NCBI GenBank assembly: GCA_964483315.1
Contig: CAZAAL010000001.1
Span: forward strand, 122,850 to 186,849
Direction of reading: 5' to 3'
Length of the DNA stretch: 64,000 nt
Source: an uncultured Candidatus Saccharibacteria bacterium
Lineage (GTDB): Bacteria; Patescibacteriota; Saccharimonadia; Saccharimonadales; UBA10212
Shown here in pieces: positions 31,662-40,491 of this stretch (its first letter is position 1; each line of letters starts with the position of its first letter). The notes below the pieces were generated by a model that saw nothing but the letters and a program-made list of their open reading frames with translations, was not told the origin of the DNA and did not search any database. The position numbers and the translations under genes are program-made.

Positions 31662-34600
31662 GTGCAGTGGGACTCGCACCCTACTACTGTGAATAAGATA
31701 AAAATAACCTGGATGAGAATATTCATGGTCACTGCTGTTATTGTGGCCTTGTTTTTCGTGGTGAGTTGGGGTGTTTCCAAATTAGTACCGGACAAAGTTA
31801 CTTTTAGGGGTAGCATTAAAACCGAAAAAGGCTCATTGCCCGATGGTTCATATGACGTAAGGGTAAGGTCTTTTAATGCGCTAAACTCATCAGACTTGTT
31901 ATACCAAATGGATTTTAAATCCATCCAGGTTAAAGACGGTCAATATGAGCTTGGCTACAATCTAAACAAAGAGTTTGCTTCTGTGCCTGCAGTAGTGGAG
32001 ATTTGTATAGACTCCGGTGATGGGTTTAAGGATAAGGATGGTAATGTATGTGCCGATGGTAGCTCGGACAGTATTTATGACTATGCACTTTGCCCCTACT
32101 ATATGCGGTCTAGGGCTGATGGATCATTCGCTTGGTTGATTAACCGAAAGGTTTACACCGAGCGCAATATGATTAAATGTCCGAATCTTGAAAAAGGCAC
32201 AACAGCTAGTAGTGAAAGCATAATCGAAAAGGCAAACGAGGCTGGGCTTAACGTATCGCTAATAAGCGCTGGCAATAAAAATCAGGTGGTTAACAACATC
32301 ACGAATATCAACCAAGTTGATGATCCGCAAACTCTAGTTATTGAGGGTAACGTGCTTTATATAAGTGGTGGCAATAGTGTAGTTTTACCAAGCTCTGGCT
32401 ATGGGGATACAGTTGATAATGATACGACTTATAGTGCTGGTAGTGGTTTGGTTTTAAACTCTACGACCTTTAGCCGTGAGTCGGGTTCGACCAATGGTCA
32501 GATTGAGGTCTGGGATGGCTCAAACTGGACTGATTTATCTGCCGGGACTAATGGGCAAGTCCTAACTATCGTGGGCGGTACGCCTGTCTGGCAATCAGGC
32601 GGAGCAGAAACTGATGGTGTAATTGGTAACGAGATAACAAATGTTGATGGAACAACTGGCTTGGCTCGAACTGGTACCGGTACTACTGGTGACCCATTTA
32701 TCGTGGCGCTTACCACAACCGGCGTTAGCGCTGGAACTTACAACAATGTCACAGTTAACGCCTACGGGCGTGTTACGTCTGCAAGCAATATTGCTTATCT
32801 GACATCTGAAACCGATGGGATAGTTGGTAATGAGCTAACTAATCTTACGGCGGGTGATGGTAAAGGCATACTTACCCGTAGCGGTACAGGTACCGGTGGA
32901 GACCCATATACCTTGAGCGTAGCTACTTGTGGCTTAAACCAAATTTTTAAATCTAATGGCAGTAGCTGGGCCTGCTCCTCCGACGTCGACACCGACACAA
33001 CCTACTCAGCTGGTAATGGTCTAAGTTTATCTACCACTACTTTTTCAGTTAACTCACCAACTTGTGCTGGCACCGACAAACTCCAATGGAATGGATCAGC
33101 TTTTGTATGTTCAGCTGATGTAGATACCGATACTGACACCACTGACTTTAATGTTTCAGCTCAAGGTACAGTTGGCTCACAAAACATAGCTGATGGTGGA
33201 ACAGTCTCATTCAGTAACGGCACAGGCACTACCGCCACTCGCTCAGGTTCAGCAGTTACCTATAGCCTAAACGATACAGCTGTAACAACTGGCACATATG
33301 GAACTAGTTCTAGTGTTGCTCAGTTCACAGTCGACCAACAAGGTCGAATCACTGGAGCCAGCTCAGTAGCTATAGACTTTGCCGGTAATGCTGTAACTAG
33401 CGTAACAGCCGGCAGTGGACTAACTAACGGTGGTGGCCCCGGAGCAATCACCATTAATGTTGGAGCTGGTAATGGTATTACAGTAAACGCTAACGACATA
33501 ACCGTAGATACTCTAGACTCAGCCGATGCTTTATCTTCAACCACATCAAATGGTTCTGGCTTAGAAGTCCTAGCTTCTGGTATTGGTCTATTACAAGGCT
33601 GTTCAGATAACCAAATCCTTAAATGGAATGAAGCTGGTGATCTATGGGGATGTGCTAATGACACAGATACCGATACCGACACTACAAACTTCAACATTCG
33701 AGCCAATGCCGGAGCTAGCGCCAATATCTCATCCGGCGGTACAGTTAGCTTTGTAGATGGTACTGGTACCACGGCTTCACGCTCTGGTAATGACATAGCC
33801 TTTAATCTAACTACAACTGGGGTTAGTGCTAATAGCTACGGTTCATCTACTCAAGTACCAGTCTTTACAGTAGATGCCTACGGACGTATATCTAGTGTTA
33901 CTAATACCAGTATTAACTTCCCGGCAGAGGTAGATGGTGTAGTAGGCAATGAAGTTACCAATGCCACATCAAATGCTGGCTTAACTCGTTCTGGTACTGG
34001 CACAGGTGGTGACCCATACACTCTAGGCGTATTACTACCATCTGCTACTGATGCCTTATCTTCAACAACTTCAACAGGCTCTGGTTTAGAACTCACATCA
34101 TCAGGACTTTCATTAATCCAAGGCTGTTCTAATAACCAAATCCTTAAATGGAATGAGACAAGTGATGTTTGGGCCTGCTCCTCCGACGTCGACACCGACA
34201 CAACCTACTCAGCTGGTAATGGTCTAAGTTTATCTACCACTACTTTTTCAGTTAACTCACCAACTTGTGCTGGCACCGACAAACTCCAATGGAATGGATC
34301 AGCTTTTGTATGTTCAGCTGATGTAGATACCGATACTGACACCACTGACTTTAATGTTTCAGCTCAAGGTACAGTTGGCTCACAAAACATAGCTGATGGT
34401 GGAACAGTCTCATTCAGTAACGGCACAGGCACTACCGCCACTCGCTCAGGTTCAGCAGTTACCTATAGCCTAAACGATACAGCTGTAACAACTGGCACAT
34501 ATGGAACTAGTTCTAGTGTTGCTCAGTTCACAGTCGACCAACAAGGTCGAATCACTGGAGCCAGCTCAGTAGCTATAGACTTTGCCGGTAATGCTGTAAC

Positions 34601-36926
34601 TAGCGTAACAGCCGGCAGTGGACTAACTAACGGTGGTGGCCCCGGAGCAATCACCATTAATGTTGGAGCTGGTAATGGTATTACAGTAAACGCTAACGAC
34701 ATAACCGTAGATACTCTAGACTCAGCCGATGCTTTATCTTCAACCACATCAAATGGTTCTGGCTTAGAAGTCCTAGCTTCTGGTATTGGTCTATTACAAG
34801 GCTGTTCAGATAACCAAATCCTTAAATGGAATGAAGCTGGTGATCTATGGGGATGTGCGGCGGATGCAAGCGGTGGCTCAATGACAATTGGCACGATCAA
34901 TTCACAAACAAAAAGCGCTGACGGAGCTGTAATATCATCAGGCGTATTGTATATGCAAACTGCCGACGGCACTAACCCTGGCTTAGTGAGTACTGGTGCA
35001 CAAAGTTTTGCAGGCAATAAAACATTTAGTGATGCATTAATCGCAACTTGTACGAATACTTCTACTAATGTTTTATGTGACGGCGGCAACACTAGGGGCG
35101 CAGGAATCGTCTTAGGATCTAACGATAACTTTGGCCTGACTTTTGAAACAAACAACACTACTGCAATGACAATTGCTAACAATGGTGCAATTACTATTGG
35201 AGCAACAACGATTGATCAGGCTATAACAATTGATAATGGGACAGGTGCGCTTAGCCTAGGTAATAGTAGTGATGCAAAGACAATCAATATTGGTACCGGT
35301 ACTGGTATCGATACTATCAATATTGGTACCGGTGCAACCTCTGCCGATGCAATAACCTTTGGTAATACGGGGGTAGCTACTACCCTAACATTCAACTCTG
35401 GAGTTTCTACTACTACTGCAATGTCATTTAACCTAAATTCATTAACTAGCGGCAACGGACTGGTCTTAAGCGCAACTAGCGTGACATCGGGCGAGGTATT
35501 CGAGATTCTTGGGCCTTCTAGCAGGAGTATTTTAAGAGTCAAAAATGAATCGGCTGACCCACTGGATGATCAACGGGTAATAATTGGTCAGGGTGGTTTG
35601 GCAAGCTCTAAACCGGATGAGCTTGCTCGGGATCAGCTCTATGTGTTTGGTCGAATTAACTATAGCTGGAACATGTTTAGCCAAGATTTTTTGGGTGGAG
35701 CTACGAATCTAACAGCGGATGGCACGGCATTTAACGCATACTATGACGAAGTGGCAGGTTCTGGTGGTACTGCACCATCTGGAGTTATGAACCAACAAAG
35801 TCTTGCATCTGGCTCTGGTGCTGGTCGGTTAACATTTAGTGGTACCCTTGGTACAGGACCTTGGGCTAGCTTGTATGGCACGAACGTTAACGTTACAGAA
35901 CGCTCGCTCAACCCGGTCTTTGAGGCTCGCATACAGGCAAGCTCAAACACAGACCAAAGGGCAATCGCTGGCTTTACAGATATTGCACTTAACACGGCCA
36001 TTGCAGCCGATACAAACAATTCAGCTAACGAGGTATTCTTTAGAAAAACAGCTGCTGGCACAAACTGGGAGGCAGTCACCCGAAACGCAAGCGGAGCAGA
36101 AAATGTCACGGGATTAGGAACCGCTTGTGCTGGAGGTACAGCGTGTACAACTGCTGCAATGCGGACAATGAGGATCGAGCTAGAAAACGTTGGCGCAAAC
36201 GGAACCGCTAGGTTTTATATTGATGGTACATTGGTAGCGACTCATACTACCGCAGCTGTGCCGGCTAACACTACAAGACTTGGCTGGAAGATTGGCACAA
36301 CACCAACCACAACAACCTACACTGGTCGGGTAGTTGATATAGATTACGTTAGAGTTTGGAGTGACGACCCTCCAACTGATGTGTTGGGCCAGGCATTAAG
36401 TACTACAATTATTGATAATTCTAACCAAGAGCAAGTTGATCAGATTGAGCTAACGACATTTGATTTAGTTGGTAACCAAGAAGAGCTAGCTAACTTAATC
36501 GATGGCCTAAGAGATGATGTTAATTGGCTAAAAGGTCAGGGTGTAGCCGATGCAGCTCTGAATGGGGGTTTGGTATCCGGCAATACAACTTTTGCTGATT
36601 TTGTGACATTTAATAGCGGGGTCACGTTTGACTCTACAGTAGATTTTGGAGGGGATGTTAAATTTATTGGTCAGGCTGAATTTGATGGGCACGTAATTTT
36701 TGGAACCGATGGTGCTGGTACGCTCGAGCTTGAAGCGGGTCAAACATCAACTAGATTTGCATTTGCAAAACCTTATCAAAAGCCTCCTGTTGTTACTGTA
36801 ACACCACTTGATTATGATGCCGGTTTTAGGCTCACAAACGTAGACGAAACAGGCTTTACGATTACTATTTCGACTAGTCAGAATACTCAAACTAGGTTTA
36901 ACTGGATTGTTGTTGGGCGTCAATAG
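31662..36926 (+). CDS. Giant membrane-anchored fibre-like adhesin (1754 aa)
   Basis: TM anchor; GTY..VTV...GR(V/I)T, DTTYSAG.GL.L and C...QILKWN....W.C repeats; ConA-like VDIDYVRVW; C-terminal F.KPY..PP.V.VT domain. Confidence 0.8.
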   Translation: MQWDSHPTTVNKIKITWMRIFMVTAVIVALFFVVSWGVSKLVPDKVTFRGSIKTEKGSLPDGSYDVRVRSFNALNSSDLLYQMDFKSIQVKDGQYELGYNLNKEFASVPAVVEICIDSGDGFKDKDGNVCADGSSDSIYDYALCPYYMRSRADGSFAWLINRKVYTERNMIKCPNLEKGTTASSESIIEKANEAGLNVSLISAGNKNQVVNNITNINQVDDPQTLVIEGNVLYISGGNSVVLPSSGYGDTVDNDTTYSAGSGLVLNSTTFSRESGSTNGQIEVWDGSNWTDLSAGTNGQVLTIVGGTPVWQSGGAETDGVIGNEITNVDGTTGLARTGTGTTGDPFIVALTTTGVSAGTYNNVTVNAYGRVTSASNIAYLTSETDGIVGNELTNLTAGDGKGILTRSGTGTGGDPYTLSVATCGLNQIFKSNGSSWACSSDVDTDTTYSAGNGLSLSTTTFSVNSPTCAGTDKLQWNGSAFVCSADVDTDTDTTDFNVSAQGTVGSQNIADGGTVSFSNGTGTTATRSGSAVTYSLNDTAVTTGTYGTSSSVAQFTVDQQGRITGASSVAIDFAGNAVTSVTAGSGLTNGGGPGAITINVGAGNGITVNANDITVDTLDSADALSSTTSNGSGLEVLASGIGLLQGCSDNQILKWNEAGDLWGCANDTDTDTDTTNFNIRANAGASANISSGGTVSFVDGTGTTASRSGNDIAFNLTTTGVSANSYGSSTQVPVFTVDAYGRISSVTNTSINFPAEVDGVVGNEVTNATSNAGLTRSGTGTGGDPYTLGVLLPSATDALSSTTSTGSGLELTSSGLSLIQGCSNNQILKWNETSDVWACSSDVDTDTTYSAGNGLSLSTTTFSVNSPTCAGTDKLQWNGSAFVCSADVDTDTDTTDFNVSAQGTVGSQNIADGGTVSFSNGTGTTATRSGSAVTYSLNDTAVTTGTYGTSSSVAQFTVDQQGRITGASSVAIDFAGNAVTSVTAGSGLTNGGGPGAITINVGAGNGITVNANDITVDTLDSADALSSTTSNGSGLEVLASGIGLLQGCSDNQILKWNEAGDLWGCAADASGGSMTIGTINSQTKSADGAVISSGVLYMQTADGTNPGLVSTGAQSFAGNKTFSDALIATCTNTSTNVLCDGGNTRGAGIVLGSNDNFGLTFETNNTTAMTIANNGAITIGATTIDQAITIDNGTGALSLGNSSDAKTINIGTGTGIDTINIGTGATSADAITFGNTGVATTLTFNSGVSTTTAMSFNLNSLTSGNGLVLSATSVTSGEVFEILGPSSRSILRVKNESADPLDDQRVIIGQGGLASSKPDELARDQLYVFGRINYSWNMFSQDFLGGATNLTADGTAFNAYYDEVAGSGGTAPSGVMNQQSLASGSGAGRLTFSGTLGTGPWASLYGTNVNVTERSLNPVFEARIQASSNTDQRAIAGFTDIALNTAIAADTNNSANEVFFRKTAAGTNWEAVTRNASGAENVTGLGTACAGGTACTTAAMRTMRIELENVGANGTARFYIDGTLVATHTTAAVPANTTRLGWKIGTTPTTTTYTGRVVDIDYVRVWSDDPPTDVLGQALSTTIIDNSNQEQVDQIELTTFDLVGNQEELANLIDGLRDDVNWLKGQGVADAALNGGLVSGNTTFADFVTFNSGVTFDSTVDFGGDVKFIGQAEFDGHVIFGTDGAGTLELEAGQTSTRFAFAKPYQKPPVVTVTPLDYDAGFRLTNVDETGFTITISTSQNTQTRFNWIVVGRQ
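32967..33655 (+). repeat. 689-bp intragenic direct repeat, copy 1
   Basis: Matches 34170-34858 (offset 1203 bp, in frame); no differences seen by eye. Confidence 0.9.
34170..34858 (+). repeat. 689-bp intragenic direct repeat, copy 2
   Basis: Matches 32967-33655. Confidence 0.9.
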
Positions 36927-36970
36927 ATTTGACTCAGTAGCCATAGGGTCTGTAAAATCATAAGGAGTAT

Positions 36971-37672
36971 ATGGAAGAGGGCAAACCAAAAAAGCGTGTT
37001 CCAGGTGTTTCTGTAAACAAAGATTCACTAAAACGTAATAAAATTACGATAGCTTTAATAGCCGTAATTGTATTACTAGCTGGTTTTGGGGGGTACTATT
37101 ACATGCAGTACCAAGATCAAAAACAAAACCCCGAACAAGCCCTAAAAGAACAGCAAGAAGCCGAACTTAATGAAGTGGTAGCTAAAGTTGGTGCATTATA
37201 TGCTTTACCCAATGAAGAGAAACCCAGCTTAGCAACAGTCCAAGACATAAATAAACTAAAAGATCAGCCATTTTTTTCTAACGCTCAAAATGGCGATAAA
37301 CTATTAATATATTCAGCGGCCAAACAGGCAATAATTTTTAGACCAAGCACAAATAAGATAATTAATGTCGGGCCAATAGCAATCACTCAATCACCGGATA
37401 AAGCTAGTATCAGAATAACTGGCGCTCAGGCTGACCGAGATTCTGCCGAAAAGTTGATGCAGGCGTTTGTGGCCGAAGCAATTGTTAGTGGTAAGGGCGA
37501 TGCCAAAGACGCCTACAAAAACACTTACGTAATAGATTTAACAGGAAAAAACCCAACTTTGGCTAGCCAAATTGCCTCAAAGTTTAAAAACGGCAGTGTA
37601 ACTACGCTACCAGCAAACGAGACCAAACCTGAAGGTGTAGATATCCTAGTTATCGCTGGTTCAGCTCGTTAG
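36971..37672 (+). CDS. Membrane-anchored protein with a LytR C-terminal-like domain
   Basis: TM; LP.EE.P..ATV.D..KL..QPFF..AQNGDK.LIY...IIFRPS; ends DILVIAG. Confidence 0.65.
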   Translation: MEEGKPKKRVPGVSVNKDSLKRNKITIALIAVIVLLAGFGGYYYMQYQDQKQNPEQALKEQQEAELNEVVAKVGALYALPNEEKPSLATVQDINKLKDQPFFSNAQNGDKLLIYSAAKQAIIFRPSTNKIINVGPIAITQSPDKASIRITGAQADRDSAEKLMQAFVAEAIVSGKGDAKDAYKNTYVIDLTGKNPTLASQIASKFKNGSVTTLPANETKPEGVDILVIAGSAR

Positions 37673-38650
37673 GCTTCGTGGGTCGTCGTACCTTACTCTT
37701 GCACCATTACCCACTAATTGTTCGTACTTGTAACTCATACTAATCATCAAATTATGGATGGTATCAGGAGTTTGAATTTTTGTTAGGTTGCCAACTGCAA
37801 AACTCATCTGCTTATCCTTACCTTGGAACATTGTAATTGGTAAAGCAGAATCAAATTTTCCGTAAAGAATTTTTTCGGCTAAGGCTTGATTAACTGGCTG
37901 CATTGTTACATCACCAGTATCTGGATCAACAATATCAAGACTCCCTGAAGCAGCCACAACAAGTACCTTTCCTCGACCATCGCCTATTGCTTTTGGGTGG
38001 TAGGTTCGTATAATCTTGAATCCACTTTGTTTGTTGAATTCTTGGGCAAAACCGTTTAGATGGAATTTTTCAGCGCTGGCTGTTTGAGGTACAGTTGTGT
38101 ATATATTGCAAAATTGTCTTAACAGCTCTATTGCGCCCATAGTTTGCTCGGGTTTGCCATCAGTATTTTTTTTAGTAACAATATCTAACCAACCTAGCGT
38201 GTTGCTAATTATGATTCCAGATTCTTTAGCAAAACCTTGCCTATCCACAGCGTTATATAGCCCAGCTTGTAATACAGCAATATTCATTAACCACGGGTGA
38301 TTTGTTAATATGGCAATATTTTTACCTTGGCTCTGTAAATCTTCAATTTGCGCAAGTAAATCTTGTTTTTGTCTTATTGCTTCAACAAATTTCTTAAATC
38401 CATCTCCACTTATAACACGCTCACCAATTTTATCAGCAGTAAATTTTACAAATTCGTGTCCTTCTACAGTATCGCCTATTTCAGAGGCTAGATAAGGCTG
38501 GGCATCAACTCTTGTATACTCGTCATTTTTACTTAACACAAAATCGCCGTTTGAACGGCTAACAAGATTTTCGCCCCATGCTTTAAATTTTTCAGTAGTA
38601 CTGAGTTTAGGAATATCAAACTCAGCAACGTGTAAACTTTCAGGATTCAT
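37661..38650 (-). CDS. Hypothetical protein, possibly a degenerate acyltransferase fold
   Basis: Long ORF; KNIAILTNH and VVAASGS resemble PlsC-type blocks. Confidence 0.5.
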   Translation of the reverse strand: MNPESLHVAEFDIPKLSTTEKFKAWGENLVSRSNGDFVLSKNDEYTRVDAQPYLASEIGDTVEGHEFVKFTADKIGERVISGDGFKKFVEAIRQKQDLLAQIEDLQSQGKNIAILTNHPWLMNIAVLQAGLYNAVDRQGFAKESGIIISNTLGWLDIVTKKNTDGKPEQTMGAIELLRQFCNIYTTVPQTASAEKFHLNGFAQEFNKQSGFKIIRTYHPKAIGDGRGKVLVVAASGSLDIVDPDTGDVTMQPVNQALAEKILYGKFDSALPITMFQGKDKQMSFAVGNLTKIQTPDTIHNLMISMSYKYEQLVGNGARVRYDDPRSLTS

Positions 38651-38750
38651 TATTTTATATTATAGAATAAAACAAAACATTAATCAATAACTAATAAATT
38701 ACTACAGACATACTATATTATTCATGTTAGCATTAATTTACTTAACAAAT

Positions 38751-39002
38751 AATTTGCTGGAAGCCGGTGTAAATCCGGCACTGTGCCGCAACGGTTACTA
38801 TGAGACACCCTTAAAAGGGTTTCTCATCGCGCGGGGCCATGGAATGAATCCATCGCTCCGGCTGCTCTTGCCAGAATAGGAAAAGAGCAGGAGCGGTCCG
38901 CAATAATTTGCGGATTCGAATTTATTTCGAAAGCTCCGATGAGAAAAACCTGGGTTTTTCTCATAGAAAGTCCGATACAGCTTAAATTCTCTCGAGCAAG
39001 AG
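38751..39002 (+). promoter_or_regulatory. Cobalamin-riboswitch-like RNA with a large insertion
   Basis: GCTGGAA-GCCGG TGTAAAT CCGGC-A-CTGTGCCGCAACGGT ... AAGTCCGATA-CAGC; closing helix AATTT-GCTG/CAGC-TT-AAATT; located 5' of the ORF at 39063. Confidence 0.65.
38798..38966. repeat. Inverted pair of structured repeat units (MITE/REPIN-like)
   Basis: Termini CTATGAGA...TCTCATAG; internal CTGCTCTT/AAGAGCAG pairing; 38877-38965 is the reverse-complement homologue of 54351-54440. Confidence 0.75.
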
Positions 39003-39062
39003 TAATACTTAACGTGTTAAGTATATATTTAACCCTTGCTTTAGTGGAGTAGGGGTATTTTT

Positions 39063-40382
39063 GTGTCAGTTCTAGAATTCGAACCTGTCGTAAAATCTAG
39101 TATAGAGCCAAATCTTGAGTCTTTAAGGGCAAAAAGAGTTGCTAGTTCGGTTATGGCATTTAGACGTGCCGAGCAAGAACCTGATCCATATATTCGTAAA
39201 GCTATATATGAACACGTTTATGATCAAGAAACCACTCATATTTGTGAGATTTTAAATGGCAAAGTCGAAACAGAGATTCCATTTGAGGTTCGTAAAGGCC
39301 GACTTACGGCGATTTGCGAAGATGGGCCAGTTGACTGGCAAGAATTTAGCAAAAACAACTTTTTGTATGCTGATTTGTTAGCTAAAAGCGACTCATCACT
39401 AAAACCGTATTTAAGGATTGCCGAGGTTGAGGTGGAAGAAGCATTAGAACAGCTCGAGATAGTTAAAGCCGGCGAACCAAAAACTACTGTAAGACTATCG
39501 CTTTGTGGCGATGACATCTTTTCGTCCAATGCACTTAAAAAAATTGGAAGATTGCCTGAAAAACAAAGAGCTATGCTAAGAGTTAGTGTTTTTGATGGCC
39601 AAAACTTAAGGCTGTATACTCGATCAATTGATGGAATGAGCTTAGAATCTGGAAAAAAATTTTTAAAAGAAAATTTTGGCATCGAGCTACCTGATAGGGC
39701 TGATTCAGTAGACGTTCTAAAGGCACGACCAACTTTAGATGGCGCTCATCATGAGCTAGCCGATAACTTAACACCTTCACAAACGGGGATAGATACTTAT
39801 AAATTTGTTATAAATCGCCCAGACTTATTAAAAGTATATTTAAAATCATTAGAAGATCTAGCGCGCTCTGATTATGATTTTGAAACAATTGTTTTGCATG
39901 CAAATGAACTACGAAACGATATTATGGCCAGTTTTAGTGAAGCGTTTGAGGGAAAGGCAATTTTAGCTACAGCTGAGTCTATTGCTGGTGCAGGTGAGCG
40001 GGCACGTCAAGAAGGCAAGGAGTTTTTTGGGTGCGATATGGTAGTAACGAGCATGCACGAAAAAACTGGTCTTGGCATTAGGCAGGGCGAAGTCGATGTA
40101 GACTGCGTAAAATGTCCAAAATGCTCACACCTTGGTATGGATAAAGGATCATTTAGACAAGGATTTTGGCATTGTAGGGGCTGTGGGGTAAAAAAGGCAT
40201 TTAATAAAAATGGCCAAAAAGTTTTGAATCAAAAACAAAAAAAGGATAATCTTAACCAAGAAGGATTATATGAATGGTGGACACTAGTAAAACAACAAGA
40301 CAAAATGAAGCGTCAGCAAAAAATGATGCAAGAAAAATCTCGGCAGCAAATCGAAAAAGAGAAGCTAGCGCATGCAGCTTAG
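39063..40382 (+). CDS. Hypothetical protein with a C-terminal zinc ribbon
   Basis: GTG start after GGAG/AGGGG; FFGCD, CPKC...CRGC. Confidence 0.7.
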   Translation: MSVLEFEPVVKSSIEPNLESLRAKRVASSVMAFRRAEQEPDPYIRKAIYEHVYDQETTHICEILNGKVETEIPFEVRKGRLTAICEDGPVDWQEFSKNNFLYADLLAKSDSSLKPYLRIAEVEVEEALEQLEIVKAGEPKTTVRLSLCGDDIFSSNALKKIGRLPEKQRAMLRVSVFDGQNLRLYTRSIDGMSLESGKKFLKENFGIELPDRADSVDVLKARPTLDGAHHELADNLTPSQTGIDTYKFVINRPDLLKVYLKSLEDLARSDYDFETIVLHANELRNDIMASFSEAFEGKAILATAESIAGAGERARQEGKEFFGCDMVVTSMHEKTGLGIRQGEVDVDCVKCPKCSHLGMDKGSFRQGFWHCRGCGVKKAFNKNGQKVLNQKQKKDNLNQEGLYEWWTLVKQQDKMKRQQKMMQEKSRQQIEKEKLAHAA

Positions 40383-40491
40383 AGTACTTTTGTGAGATGT
40401 GTGATTATTATCCACTCATTCCCGTACACGGCCACTACGAATGCCCGCAGTGTAAATACAAAACCAAATGTTGCGAGGGCGCACCACAAGA

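Noticed and set aside
32498-36109. Several minus-strand ORFs (up to 219 aa) inside the giant gene
   Set aside because: Antisense shadows of Thr/Gly/Ser-rich repeats; they duplicate along with the repeat and have no independent signals
38936-38972. Hammerhead-like CCGATGA-stem-GAAA
   Set aside because: The core is CCGATGA rather than CTGATGA, GAAA is not adjacent to stem II, and the 54.35-kb copy lacks it
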